DNA of 34,630 nt. Source: Thermoplasmatota archaeon (GTDB taxonomy: Archaea > Thermoplasmatota > Penumbrarchaeia > Penumbrarchaeales > Penumbrarchaeaceae). The notes under the pieces are model-generated. The model was not told where the DNA came from, did not search any database, and worked only from the letters and a program-made list of their open reading frames with translations. Position 1 is the stretch's first letter; each line of letters opens with the position of its first letter. Made by a program: the position numbers and the translations under genes. The stretch is from positions 1 to 34,630 of the forward strand of contig JARVGK010000035.1 in assembly GCA_029762535.1 (NCBI GenBank), given 5' to 3'. Of the stretch, positions 1 to 8,275 are shown piece by piece.

Positions 1-1611
1 GGTAGATCTGGTGAAGCCGGTGACCAATATGCTGCCGTCATCATCGATATGAAGACCAAATCCATCGTCCCACCCGGTCCCCCCAACGAAGGTGGAGGCC
101 ACCATCGAATCACCGTCGGCCCCCAATCCGAAGACGAAAAGATCGTTTCCTCCGCTGTAGGTTCTGTCCATTGCATTGATCGAGACGGGAAAATCTTGGG
201 AGGAGGTGAGCCCCGTAATGTAAATATCTCCGCCGGGGGAGATCTCCATGTCTTTGGGTATCTCCCCGCCAGAACCTCCTATGAACGAGGAGAAGATAAG
301 GTCCGATCCGTCTTTTTCAAGCATCAAAAGGAACATATCGCTCCCACCTGAGAAATTGGTATCGAAGGATCCGTTGACGACGGGAAAATCATCGGAAACG
401 GTGTTCCCCGCGACAACAGGCCTGTCCTGTTTTCCTATCGATATCGAGAACGAATTCTCCTGACCTGATCCTCCTATATAGGTCGAGAAGGTGGGTTCAA
501 GAAGATTGCTATCGAATCCCATCACGAAGACGTCCGTATCACCGTTGAACGAATCGTCGAACGCCAGCTTTGTAACGGGAAAGTCGTCGGAATAGGTCAA
601 ACCGCATATGTATAGACCACCGCTGTCAGATACGGCCATGGAATTGATATGATCGTCATGTGACCCTCCGATGTAGGTCGCGGAGCGGATCCCTCCATCG
701 TCCGAGGCTTTCCTGATAATGAATCCATCGGCCCCGCCGTTGAATGTTGCGTCGTAACCGTTCATCCGGATCGGAAGGCCGGGGGAGTCGCAAGTGCCGC
801 AGATCATTATATCGCCATCTTGAAGTTCGACGGTCGACGAGATCGAATCCGTCCCGCTCCCTCCGATGTAGCCCCCTGAGACCACAGGATCTATTATGAC
901 GGTCCGGTCTCCGGGTGGGTCCACATCGAATGAATAGGTACTTTCATCGATCATGACGAACGAACCGGGCAGCACCTCATCCGGACCGTCCTCATAATGA
1001 ACGTAGAGATCGGAGTCGATGATACATGGGGATCCTCCGGTCCCTATCGCGAGCATATTCCCGGCACATGAAAGCGACGAATGGCCGTCAAGGCGGATCC
1101 GAATGTCCCTCGGATCGGAGCCGGGTCCAAGTATGAACTCGTATTTCAATTCCGAGCTCGTGAAGAAATAGACGAGGTCTATGCCCTCCCAGAGATCCTG
1201 GTATAATATCCTCCGATAGCTCTTTGCTCCGAAAATCCAGCAGTTTGCGTCTCTCCCCATTATGTAATTCGTGGGGAAATCCAGGGGTTCCTCACCTGAT
1301 GGCCTTGCTCCATCCGAACCAATGAAAGAGAGCTGGATGGGGTGATATCGGTGGGTCGGTACTCCGCCGTTATCCGTCGATATGTAATGAACAGAACCGA
1401 TCGAAAAGGCCACGGAACCGAAGTCCGTGTGAGCTCCGAAAAGGACACCATCTGTCCACTGGCCGTCATTTTGCGTGAAATGATATCGATCCCCGTCATA
1501 TGGCGGTCCCTTGACCAATTCCTCCAGGACGGGATTCGGTTCAACCCATGGAATGATCTGGATCGTGGATGCCAAGACAAGTGCAATAAGTATAGCGGAG
1601 AGGGATCTCAT
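1..1611 (-). CDS. Secreted SBBP beta-propeller repeat protein with N-terminal DUF7948-like domain (3' end runs off the window)
   Basis: Missing from the ORF track because there is no stop in the window. Three segments translated by hand share one frame: ATG 1611 MRSLSAILIALVLAS (signal-like); NYIMGRDANCWIFGAKSYRRILYQDLWEGIDLVYFFTSSELKYEFILGPGSDPRDIRI (typical pre-SBBP domain); STFVGGTGWDDGFGLHIDDDGSILVTGFTRST (SBBP repeat). Confidence 0.85.
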   Translation of the reverse strand, partial: MRSLSAILIALVLASTIQIIPWVEPNPVLEELVKGPPYDGDRYHFTQNDGQWTDGVLFGAHTDFGSVAFSIGSVHYISTDNGGVPTHRYHPIQLSFIGSDGARPSGEEPLDFPTNYIMGRDANCWIFGAKSYRRILYQDLWEGIDLVYFFTSSELKYEFILGPGSDPRDIRIRLDGHSSLSCAGNMLAIGTGGSPCIIDSDLYVHYEDGPDEVLPGSFVMIDESTYSFDVDPPGDRTVIIDPVVSGGYIGGSGTDSISSTVELQDGDIMICGTCDSPGLPIRMNGYDATFNGGADGFIIRKASDDGGIRSATYIGGSHDDHINSMAVSDSGGLYICGLTYSDDFPVTKLAFDDSFNGDTDVFVMGFDSNLLEPTFSTYIGGSGQENSFSISIGKQDRPVVAGNTVSDDFPVVNGSFDTNFSGGSDMFLLMLEKDGSDLIFSSFIGGSGGEIPKDMEISPGGDIYITGLTSSQDFPVSINAMDRTYSGGNDLFVFGLGADGDSMVASTFVGGTGWDDGFGLHIDDDGSILVTGFTRST

Positions 1612-1702
1612 CGGACCATTCCTGACCAGCCGTCGGAGAATTGTTGCTGAATAATAAGGATTGAAAATAGTTAAAACTTTCCCAGACAGGAGCGGTCCGG
1701 GC

Positions 1703-1875
1703 GGAGGATCCCCTTCCATCCCCACAACAAAGTGGGGAGATCCTCTTCTTCAATAAGGAGAATATCCTATACTCAAGGGGTATCGCACCCTTCTTAAGGA
1801 GGAGGATCCCCCCCCTCCAATGAATGAAGGCTACTCTTCGAGAAGGTGATCCCACCTCTTCCGAAGGGGATCCCG
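1703..1875. repeat. Degenerate copy of the interspersed hairpin repeat (~115-bp core)
   Basis: GGATCC..tccccac-aacaaa-gtgggga..ctcttc..; second unit ggatccccccc..ctcttcgaga..ccgaaggggatccc. Module order matches 5720-5895 and 7675-7860. Confidence 0.6.
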
Positions 1876-2048
1876 CGAGTGATGAATACGTTACCAAACA
1901 TTGGGATCTCACATGGTTATAGGTGGGTGCATCTCCTTTGAGAAGTTGTTGCTACTTTCAACGAGCATTCTTTCTTTGTCTACGAGTGAGACCTTTCTCA
2001 TCTTAATAATGAGAAGGAGACATGAATCAGCAAATGGTTATGACGAAA

Positions 2049-2330
2049 TCACCGATATTTGGACCACTCATCTGAGGCATGGTAGATTATCTCTCCCTCA
2101 AGGTAAAGGATCGCTTGACCTGATATTTCAACCCTCGATCCTTTGTCTGTGCAGATGAGTTTTCCGCCTCTTTTTAAGAGCTTGACAGCATTCATCGTCT
2201 TCTTTCCAAGGATATTGCTCCAATAAGGTGCGAGCGTGGTATATGCCGATCCTGTAACGGGATCATCGTTCACACCGACGCTTGGGGGGAATAACCTGGA
2301 TATAAAATCAGATCGATCTCCCTCATGGAG
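2049..2330 (-). pseudogene. PhzF-family (DAP-epimerase fold) isomerase, C-terminal remnant
   Basis: DFISRLFPPSVGVNDDPVTGSAYTTLAPYW...RGGKLIC...RVEISGQAILYLEGEI matches the PhzF C-terminal EDPVTGSA motif. In-frame TAA TAG stops near 2410, and the N-terminal two-thirds is absent. Confidence 0.8.
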
Positions 2331-2567
2331 GGGGATCTCCCTCCTTTTCCCACTACTGGATCCCTTCGAGATAAAGAAGATCTTCCCGCGAACCTTGGGG
2401 AGGGATCTCTATTACGAAACACTACCTACCATGACCCGATATCTTCTTATAAGGGCCCCCCGGGGAGGAGGAGAATTCGGTATTCCTCGGTCTTGACCGA
2501 AGATAGGGGCTTAATCAAGCATCAAGATGATAAATGAAAAGGCCTATACTTACGCAGGTGATAGTAG

Positions 2568-2951
2568 ATGGTCGAGCTGAAGGAATTATTGCAAAAGGGC
2601 GATTGGAAGAACGAAAAGCATATGCCAGTGATAGAGGTGGTGAAACACGATGGCAGCCTGGTCGAGGTCGAGGCCGTGGTGGGAAAGGAGATCCAGCATC
2701 CGAACAAGACGGAGCATCACATAGAGTTCATCAAGCTGATGTTCCTCCCAGACGGGGAGAAATTTCCCTATATCATCGGTGAGTATCACTTCTGCGCACA
2801 CGGGGCGTCCGTCAAGGGTCCTGACACGAGCACTATTTATTGCGAACCCCATGTTATCGCCAGGTTCAAGACCGAGAAGCCCGGGTTCATCATAGGCGAA
2901 TCCTACTGCAACATACACGGATTGTGGACCAGCGAGATCCGCCTCAATTGA
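2568..2951 (+). CDS. sor: Superoxide reductase (neelaredoxin, 1Fe-SOR)
   Basis: EKH-x-P, HPN-xx-EHHI and YCNIHGLW iron-ligand motifs; AGGTGA SD at 2556-2561. Confidence 0.93.
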   Translation: MVELKELLQKGDWKNEKHMPVIEVVKHDGSLVEVEAVVGKEIQHPNKTEHHIEFIKLMFLPDGEKFPYIIGEYHFCAHGASVKGPDTSTIYCEPHVIARFKTEKPGFIIGESYCNIHGLWTSEIRLN

Positions 2952-2982
2952 ACTGGAAGTGGGATTAGAAATTAGCGACAGC

Positions 2983-2992
2983 AATTATATAT
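2983..2992 (+). promoter_or_regulatory. TATA box for pruA (probably a leaderless transcript)
   Basis: TTATATAT at 2985-2992, ~27 nt before ATG 3019. Confidence 0.5.
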
Positions 2993-3018
2993 CCGTTATG
3001 TTTTAAGAATTATGGGTT

Positions 3019-4668
3019 ATGTTTATGAATGAAACGATCATGTGTTTACCCAATCCAAAAAACGAAGAGATTTACCAATATGGCCCCGGAAGTGCTCAAA
3101 GAAAAGCACTGCGTCTGGCGATCGAGGGGATCCTAAAAAAAGAGATAGAGATCATGCCGATCGTCGGTGGGAAGAGGATCTCGACAGGGGACATGGGGAC
3201 CGTGATCATGCCCCACGATCACAAACGCATTCTGGCCAGATACCATAAAGCGACGACAGAGCTTGTAACCGATGCCATCGAGAGCGCATTAGCGGCCAAA
3301 GCCGACTGGGAGGACCTACCCTGGGAAGAGAGGGCTTCGATCGCCATGAAAGCAGCTGAACTCCTGTCCGGAAAATATCGTTACATGATCAACGCGGCAA
3401 CAATGCTTGGCCAGAGTAAGAACGTTCATCAAGCCGAGATAGACTCTGCCTGCGAGATCATCGATTTCCTTCGTTTCAATGCCTATTACATGCAGAAGGT
3501 CTATTCGGATCAGCCAGACACCTCTCCCGGCACGTTGAACCGTATCGAATACAGGCCACTCGAGGGGTTCATCCTCGCTGTGACCCCTTTTAATTTCACG
3601 GCGATAGCGGGGAATCTGCCGAGCGCACCTGCGATCATGGGCAATGTCGTCGTCTGGAAACCTGCTACCACCGCACTTCTCTCAAACGACATACTAATGA
3701 ACGTCTTCATGGAGGCAGGTTTCCCGAAAGGGGTTATCAATTTCATTCCGGGATCGGGTGAGACCATTAGTAGCGTTGTCTTCAAGGACAGAAGGCTATC
3801 TGCAGTACATTTCACGGGTTCGACCGCTGTATTCAGCAAGTTCTGGAAAAATATCAGCGACAACCTACATATTTATGATTCCTACCCCAAGCTGGTCGGT
3901 GAGACCGGTGGCAAGAACTTCTTATTCGCTCACTCCTCGGCCGAAGTGGAACCCCTTACGACGGCAATTGTCAGGGGAGCTTTCGAGTACCAGGGACAGA
4001 AGTGTTCCGCAGCATCGCGTCTCTATATCCCCCATTCATTGTGGCCTAGGGTGAGGACAGCTCTGGAGAAGGCGTTGGCCGAGATCAAGATGGGGGATGT
4101 GACGGATTTCAGGAATCTGGTGAACGCTGTGATCGATCCAAAGGCGTTCGACTCTATCTGCGGCTATATTGATAGAGCGAGAAATTCAAAGGATGCCAGG
4201 ATCATCATGGGCGGTAACTCCGATTCATCCAAGGGGTACTTTATCGAACCGACCGTTATAGAGACAACGAACCCGCATTTCGTGACGATGGAGGAAGAGA
4301 TATTCGGTCCGGTACTCACGGTATACGTTTATGATGATGATGCTTTTGAGGAAACGCTTCATCTGTGCGACCGCACATCGCCTTACGCGCTCACCGGGGC
4401 CATCTTCGCCAATGATCGAAAAGCGATTGTGACCGCATCCAAAATATTGCACCAGGCTGCGGGTAATTTTTATATCAATGACAAAACGACAGGCGCTGTC
4501 GTTGGCCAGCAACCTTTCGGCGGTGCCAGATGCTCTGGGACCAACGACAAATCGGGTTCATATATCAATCTTCTATCATGGACAAGTCCGAGGACCATAA
4601 AAGAGAATTTGACGCCCCCATCGGATCATAATTATCCGTTCATGGAAAATGACCCGATCGATGAATGA
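3019..4668 (+). CDS. pruA: L-glutamate gamma-semialdehyde (delta-1-pyrroline-5-carboxylate) dehydrogenase, ALDH4-type
   Basis: PFNFTAIAGN, FTGST, catalytic ETGGKN and FEYQGQKCSA, EEIFGP, GAVVGQQPFGGAR. Confidence 0.95.
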   Translation: MFMNETIMCLPNPKNEEIYQYGPGSAQRKALRLAIEGILKKEIEIMPIVGGKRISTGDMGTVIMPHDHKRILARYHKATTELVTDAIESALAAKADWEDLPWEERASIAMKAAELLSGKYRYMINAATMLGQSKNVHQAEIDSACEIIDFLRFNAYYMQKVYSDQPDTSPGTLNRIEYRPLEGFILAVTPFNFTAIAGNLPSAPAIMGNVVVWKPATTALLSNDILMNVFMEAGFPKGVINFIPGSGETISSVVFKDRRLSAVHFTGSTAVFSKFWKNISDNLHIYDSYPKLVGETGGKNFLFAHSSAEVEPLTTAIVRGAFEYQGQKCSAASRLYIPHSLWPRVRTALEKALAEIKMGDVTDFRNLVNAVIDPKAFDSICGYIDRARNSKDARIIMGGNSDSSKGYFIEPTVIETTNPHFVTMEEEIFGPVLTVYVYDDDAFEETLHLCDRTSPYALTGAIFANDRKAIVTASKILHQAAGNFYINDKTTGAVVGQQPFGGARCSGTNDKSGSYINLLSWTSPRTIKENLTPPSDHNYPFMENDPIDE

Positions 4669-4706
4669 TCCCGAACAGCCCCAACCCAGGAGGGTTGCCG
4701 GTTGGA

Positions 4707-5141
4707 TCATTCTCTCACATATAGATTGAAGGAGTGATCCCCCCGGGATGAGGGGATCTCGGTCCCGGCCTTTCTGAACCTGTGATCTTTGAGGACCGGA
4801 ATGAGTCGCATATCATCCGACAGGGTAATACAATACAGCTTTGTGGACCCGGCATATTCTATGAGCCCCCCCACGATCGAATCCAAGATCGCCTCCCCCT
4901 CCTCACCCTGCGGGGAGTGGATCCATCCTATCTCCATCTCGAACTCCTCCGGGGAGTAGAGGGACCTTGCCCTCGAGAAAATATTCCCCTTTCGCACCGC
5001 CGAGGGTTTTTTTATGCCACCGGAACCGATGATATCCCCATTTTCGGAGCGATAGAGAGCGAGGCAATGGGATCCCTCTCTCAGATCGTTCAGGGTCGAG
5101 GGGAAGGATTCCGATCCGCCCTGGAACAGCCTCCTGATCAT
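4707..5141 (-). CDS. GNAT-fold N-acetyltransferase-like protein (possibly degenerate)
   Basis: GDIIGSGGIKK...EIGWIHSPQGEEGE (degenerate motif A)...LKDHRFRKAG pattern. Confidence 0.55.
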   Translation of the reverse strand: MIRRLFQGGSESFPSTLNDLREGSHCLALYRSENGDIIGSGGIKKPSAVRKGNIFSRARSLYSPEEFEMEIGWIHSPQGEEGEAILDSIVGGLIEYAGSTKLYCITLSDDMRLIPVLKDHRFRKAGTEIPSSRGDHSFNLYVRE

Positions 5142-5900
5142 TGTGAGATGGGTGAGATGGGAGTAATGTCATAAGATATAACCCTTATGGATGGGGAAGT
5201 ATGAGGGGGTAAGTGGAAAGTGTTCGTGGTAGAGGAATGGGTGATGGTTCAAATCCTTTGCCCATGGGAATGATTGGGCAAAGATCCCGAGATCGGTGGG
5301 ATAAAGATCCCGGGATCGAGATGGAGATGCCCTCGGAACGATTAGGAGATCCCTTTATAAATCCAAAAAAACAGAGGTGCCCGCGGCGAGTCTTTTTCGA
5401 GTACACTGGCTAACTCCAAAATTCCAAAACAGACGCGCCCGCGGCGAGTCCTGAAATGCCTCATGTCGGGGCCCCACCCGGGGCCCCAGTCGGGGCCCAA
5501 CGCGGGGCCCCATCCCGAAGCCTGAAAGGCAAGGGATCGGGAAAATCCGAACGCGGATTTTTCAACGATGTCGAAGCCTGAAAGGCTAGACATGCGGAAA
5601 ATCCTGAAGAACGAAGTTCGAAGGATCGAGGAAATCCGAAGGATTTTCTCATGATCCCAAAGGGATTTTTCAAGCATCGCGGGTCCTAAAGTGCCTCGTG
5701 GCGAGTCTTTTTGCCGGGTGGGATCCTCCCCCCACCCCCAAAGAGTTTGGGGGCATCTCTTTGAGAAGGGGGATCTACCCTCTTCCCCGAAGGGGGAGAT
5801 CTCTCCCCTGCCTCATGGCAGGGGGATCTTCCTGGAGGATCCTCCCCCCACCCCCAACGAGTTTGGGGGCTTCCCTTCGAGATGGGGATCCCCTTTGAAA
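5131..5900. repeat. Longest copy of the modular hairpin repeat (contains most of the modules)
   Basis: 5131-5395 matches 19086-19305; 5588-5673 matches 15799-15884; 5720-5895 matches 7675-7860, 12468-12630, 15970-16130 and 19310-19370. Many short perfect hairpins. Confidence 0.92.
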
Positions 5901-5976
5901 GAAGAAAGATCCTATCGAAGGACTATATACCTCCTCTAAACGGATCCTTTGATGATATCGGTCGGGATGGAAAAGG

Positions 5977-6309
5977 TCATTCGATAATTTCCCAATGACC
6001 ACCCTTTGCAGAACCAACATGTGTTATCATACCCATCTCCTTGAGTCTTTTCAGATTGTATTTGATCCCGCTCTCGGAGATCCCGGGGATATTCTCGGCA
6101 AGCTGCTTTCTGCTTGCTTGAGGATGGAGTTTCAGATATCCGATGATAGCCATCTGCATCGGGGTAGTTTTCCGGGCAGTTTTTAGGGTAGTTTTCTGGG
6201 CAGTGATATCAAGATCATCTATCTGCTTCAATTGAAAAGTGATCCTGTAATGGTCGAGATCCCTTGAAGATCTCCACGTTCCGGACCAAGGCTGGTTTTT
6301 TCCGAACAT
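5977..6309 (-). pseudogene. C-terminal winged-HTH remnant of an AlbA/HATPase-wHTH ('RecG C-terminal-like') regulator
   Basis: Repeat linker TAQKTTLKTARKTT, then QMAIIGYLK..SRKQLAE..ISESGIKYNLKRLKEMGMITHVGSAKGGHWEI. No upstream domains. Shares 46 identical bp with 8168-8213. Confidence 0.7.
6235..6280. repeat. 46-bp exact direct repeat, copy 1
   Basis: aaaagtgatcctgtaatggtcgagatcccttgaagatctccacgtt, identical to 8168-8213. Confidence 0.95.
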
Positions 6310-6363
6310 GTGTGAACTGTCCGATCTCTGGAATACCCATGAAATAACCTCTTATACTTTTTA

Positions 6364-6975
6364 CTAACTTAAAGACTCCAACTCTAATTTTATCTGTTCA
6401 ATTTTATTTTCTAATTCTTTTATCTCATCAGATACTATTTTGTCAATATCCAATTCTTTATCATTTATTTTCAATATTTCTAATTGTTTTCTCCTCTTAG
6501 TTTTTTTCTCTGTAATAAGTTCCTCTAACCTTTTTATTTCTTTTTCCTTTTTCGTAATGTTTTTTCTTTGTATATTTTTATTTAATAATTCTTGCTCTTT
6601 TTCTTTCATAAAGTCTTCTATCAAATCCTGAATGTTATCTTTTAGTAAGCTTTTTCCTTTCATTTCTACCCATAACATGAATTTTGGAAAAAAATCTCCT
6701 CTTTTAATATCTACGCTCATCCACGTTCTACCAAGCATTTCTGATACATTATTTGTATCCTCTATTTCAAGAAGAACAGCATATTCTTCTTTTTCCCATG
6801 GTTTCATAAATAATTTATCACCTATTCTATCGAATCGAATTTGATCTGCTTTTTTTATTTGAACTACTTTAAAGAGTGAGTTCATTAGATTGATGAATTC
6901 TTCTCTTTGATCTTGATTCATTTCAACAGGTCCGTCAAAATCAACATTACCATTGTTACCAATCAAGATCTTCAT
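6364..6975 (-). CDS. Hypothetical protein with Myb/SANT-like HTH and C-terminal coiled coil; paralog of 6972-7352
   Basis: KPWEKEEYAVLL...VSEMLGRTWMSVDIKR; K/E-rich heptad tail; very AT-rich; ATGA overlap with the upstream gene. Confidence 0.75.
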   Translation of the reverse strand: MKILIGNNGNVDFDGPVEMNQDQREEFINLMNSLFKVVQIKKADQIRFDRIGDKLFMKPWEKEEYAVLLEIEDTNNVSEMLGRTWMSVDIKRGDFFPKFMLWVEMKGKSLLKDNIQDLIEDFMKEKEQELLNKNIQRKNITKKEKEIKRLEELITEKKTKRRKQLEILKINDKELDIDKIVSDEIKELENKIEQIKLELESLS

Positions 6976-7352
6976 TTTCCTAACACCTCGTTTACATATT
7001 TTCTTATCAATTCTATATCTGCAGGTGGGGTGATTCCTCTATCTCTCATCCATTTCCAAAAATCCGGAACAAAATAACCTCTCTTCATTTTAACACTCAT
7101 TATAGTTCTGTTCATTTGTTTTGCAATTGTTTCATTATCAGATGAACTTAAAAGTATTAATAAATCATTCTCTGTCCATTCTTTGATAATTGATTCTCTT
7201 GCACCAATATTTCTTCCAGCTTCTTGAACTTCTTCAACTTCAACATCTTCATAATTATCCTTAAAGAAATTTATTAAAATAAATCTCTGTCCTTCAGACA
7301 TGTAAACTGGAGCTTCCAGATCAATCCAATTATCATGGAATAGTAATTTCAT
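6972..7352 (-). CDS. Hypothetical protein with Myb/SANT-like HTH; paralog of 6364-6975
   Basis: KEWTENDLLILL...IAKQMNRTIMSVKMKR; aligns end to end with the N-terminal ~130 aa of the neighbour. Confidence 0.75.
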   Translation of the reverse strand: MKLLFHDNWIDLEAPVYMSEGQRFILINFFKDNYEDVEVEEVQEAGRNIGARESIIKEWTENDLLILLSSSDNETIAKQMNRTIMSVKMKRGYFVPDFWKWMRDRGITPPADIELIRKYVNEVLGK

Positions 7353-7523
7353 TTTTTCAACCGTCCGTGTTTTTTCTTTTCATGTATTTTTTGATATGAA
7401 TATCATATATCAATAAGTGATTTGACAATCGAATTCCTCATGGTCAAGTACTTCTTGTATGACATCCATATAAGGGTGAAAGTATGGATGGTATATAAAA
7501 ATGTAACATTCATCACATCATCA

Positions 7524-7862
7524 GGGAGATCCCCATTTGCTCCCCGAAATGGGAGGGCAAAGCTCTCGGTCACAATGAGGGGATCCATTTATAAATCCTG
7601 GAAAACAGACCCGCCCACGGCGGGTCCTGGATCGCCTATTAGCGAGTCTTTTTCCCGGGGGGATCTTCTCATGATCCTCCTCCCCCCAACGAAGTAGGGG
7701 CTCCCTTTCGAAAGTGGGATCTACCCTCTCCCCCGAAGGGGGGGATCTCACCCCTGCCTTATGGCGGGTATTGTTTCCACGGGATCCCACCCCCCCCCAC
7801 ACGATATGGGGGCATATCTTCGAGAGTGGGATCTACCCACTCCCCGAAGGGGGGGATCTCTA
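7524..7862. repeat. Modular hairpin repeat copy
   Basis: gagatcccc..ttgc module; tttataaatcctggaaaacagacccgcccacggcgggtc module; about 1.6 tandem core units. Confidence 0.92.
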
Positions 7863-8076
7863 CTCCGGAAGAAAGGAACATTCCATCAAATATTCACTTT
7901 CCAGATACCTCCGCGATCAGAACCTATTCTCTTTATCATACCGAGTCTTTTCAGGACCTCGATATTGTAATCCACAGCTTTCTTTGAAAGATCGGACCTG
8001 ATCTGGATCTCCCTCTTGCTGATCTTAGGCTCTGTCTTCATCAACATAAGTATGATCTTCTGTTTATCTGAAAGGT

Positions 8077-8110
8077 TTTCTACCCCCCTTTCTACCCCCC
8101 TTTCTACCCC
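8077..8110. repeat. 12-bp tandem repeat x~3 (GVER linker)
   Basis: (tttctacccccc)x2 + tttctacccc. Confidence 0.85.
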
Positions 8111-8167
8111 ATTATCGGACCCCTCAACATTCAATTCCACTTCAGTACTCTTCATACTCTTGAACGA

Positions 8168-8213
8168 AAAAGTGATCCTGTAATGGTCGAGATCCCTTGA
8201 AGATCTCCACGTT
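8168..8213. repeat. 46-bp exact direct repeat, copy 2
   Basis: Identical to 6235-6280. Confidence 0.95.
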
Positions 8214-8275
8214 TCGGATCAGATCCGATCCCTTCCGGACCTTCGGGAAATGCCCTAGCATTCGATCCGTTCCAT

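Larger units (their letters stand above)
7886..8213 (-). pseudogene. Second C-terminal winged-HTH remnant (track ORF 7886-8155)
   Basis: TWRSSRDLDHYRITF (identical to the 5977-6309 remnant) then GVERGVERGVEN-LSDKQKIIL...VDYNIEVLKRLGMIKRIGSDRGGIWKV; in-frame stops upstream. Confidence 0.7.

Noticed and set aside
49-1650. Track ORFs 49-351, 248-463, 1260-1586, 1342-1650
   Set aside because: Shadow frames of the minus-strand SBBP gene.
1909-2001. 30-aa minus-strand ORF MRKVSLVDKERMLVE...
   Set aside because: No motif or clear expression signals; cannot be supported.
5131-5900. IS element or classical MITE
   Set aside because: No transposase, no terminal inverted repeats or target duplications recognised; copies differ in module content.
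5185-6020. Short track ORFs inside repeats (also 7422-8001, 12309-13078, 15735-16189, 19093-19455, 20099-20618)
   Set aside because: Pro/Gly-rich translations of C/G runs; frames are not conserved between repeat copies.
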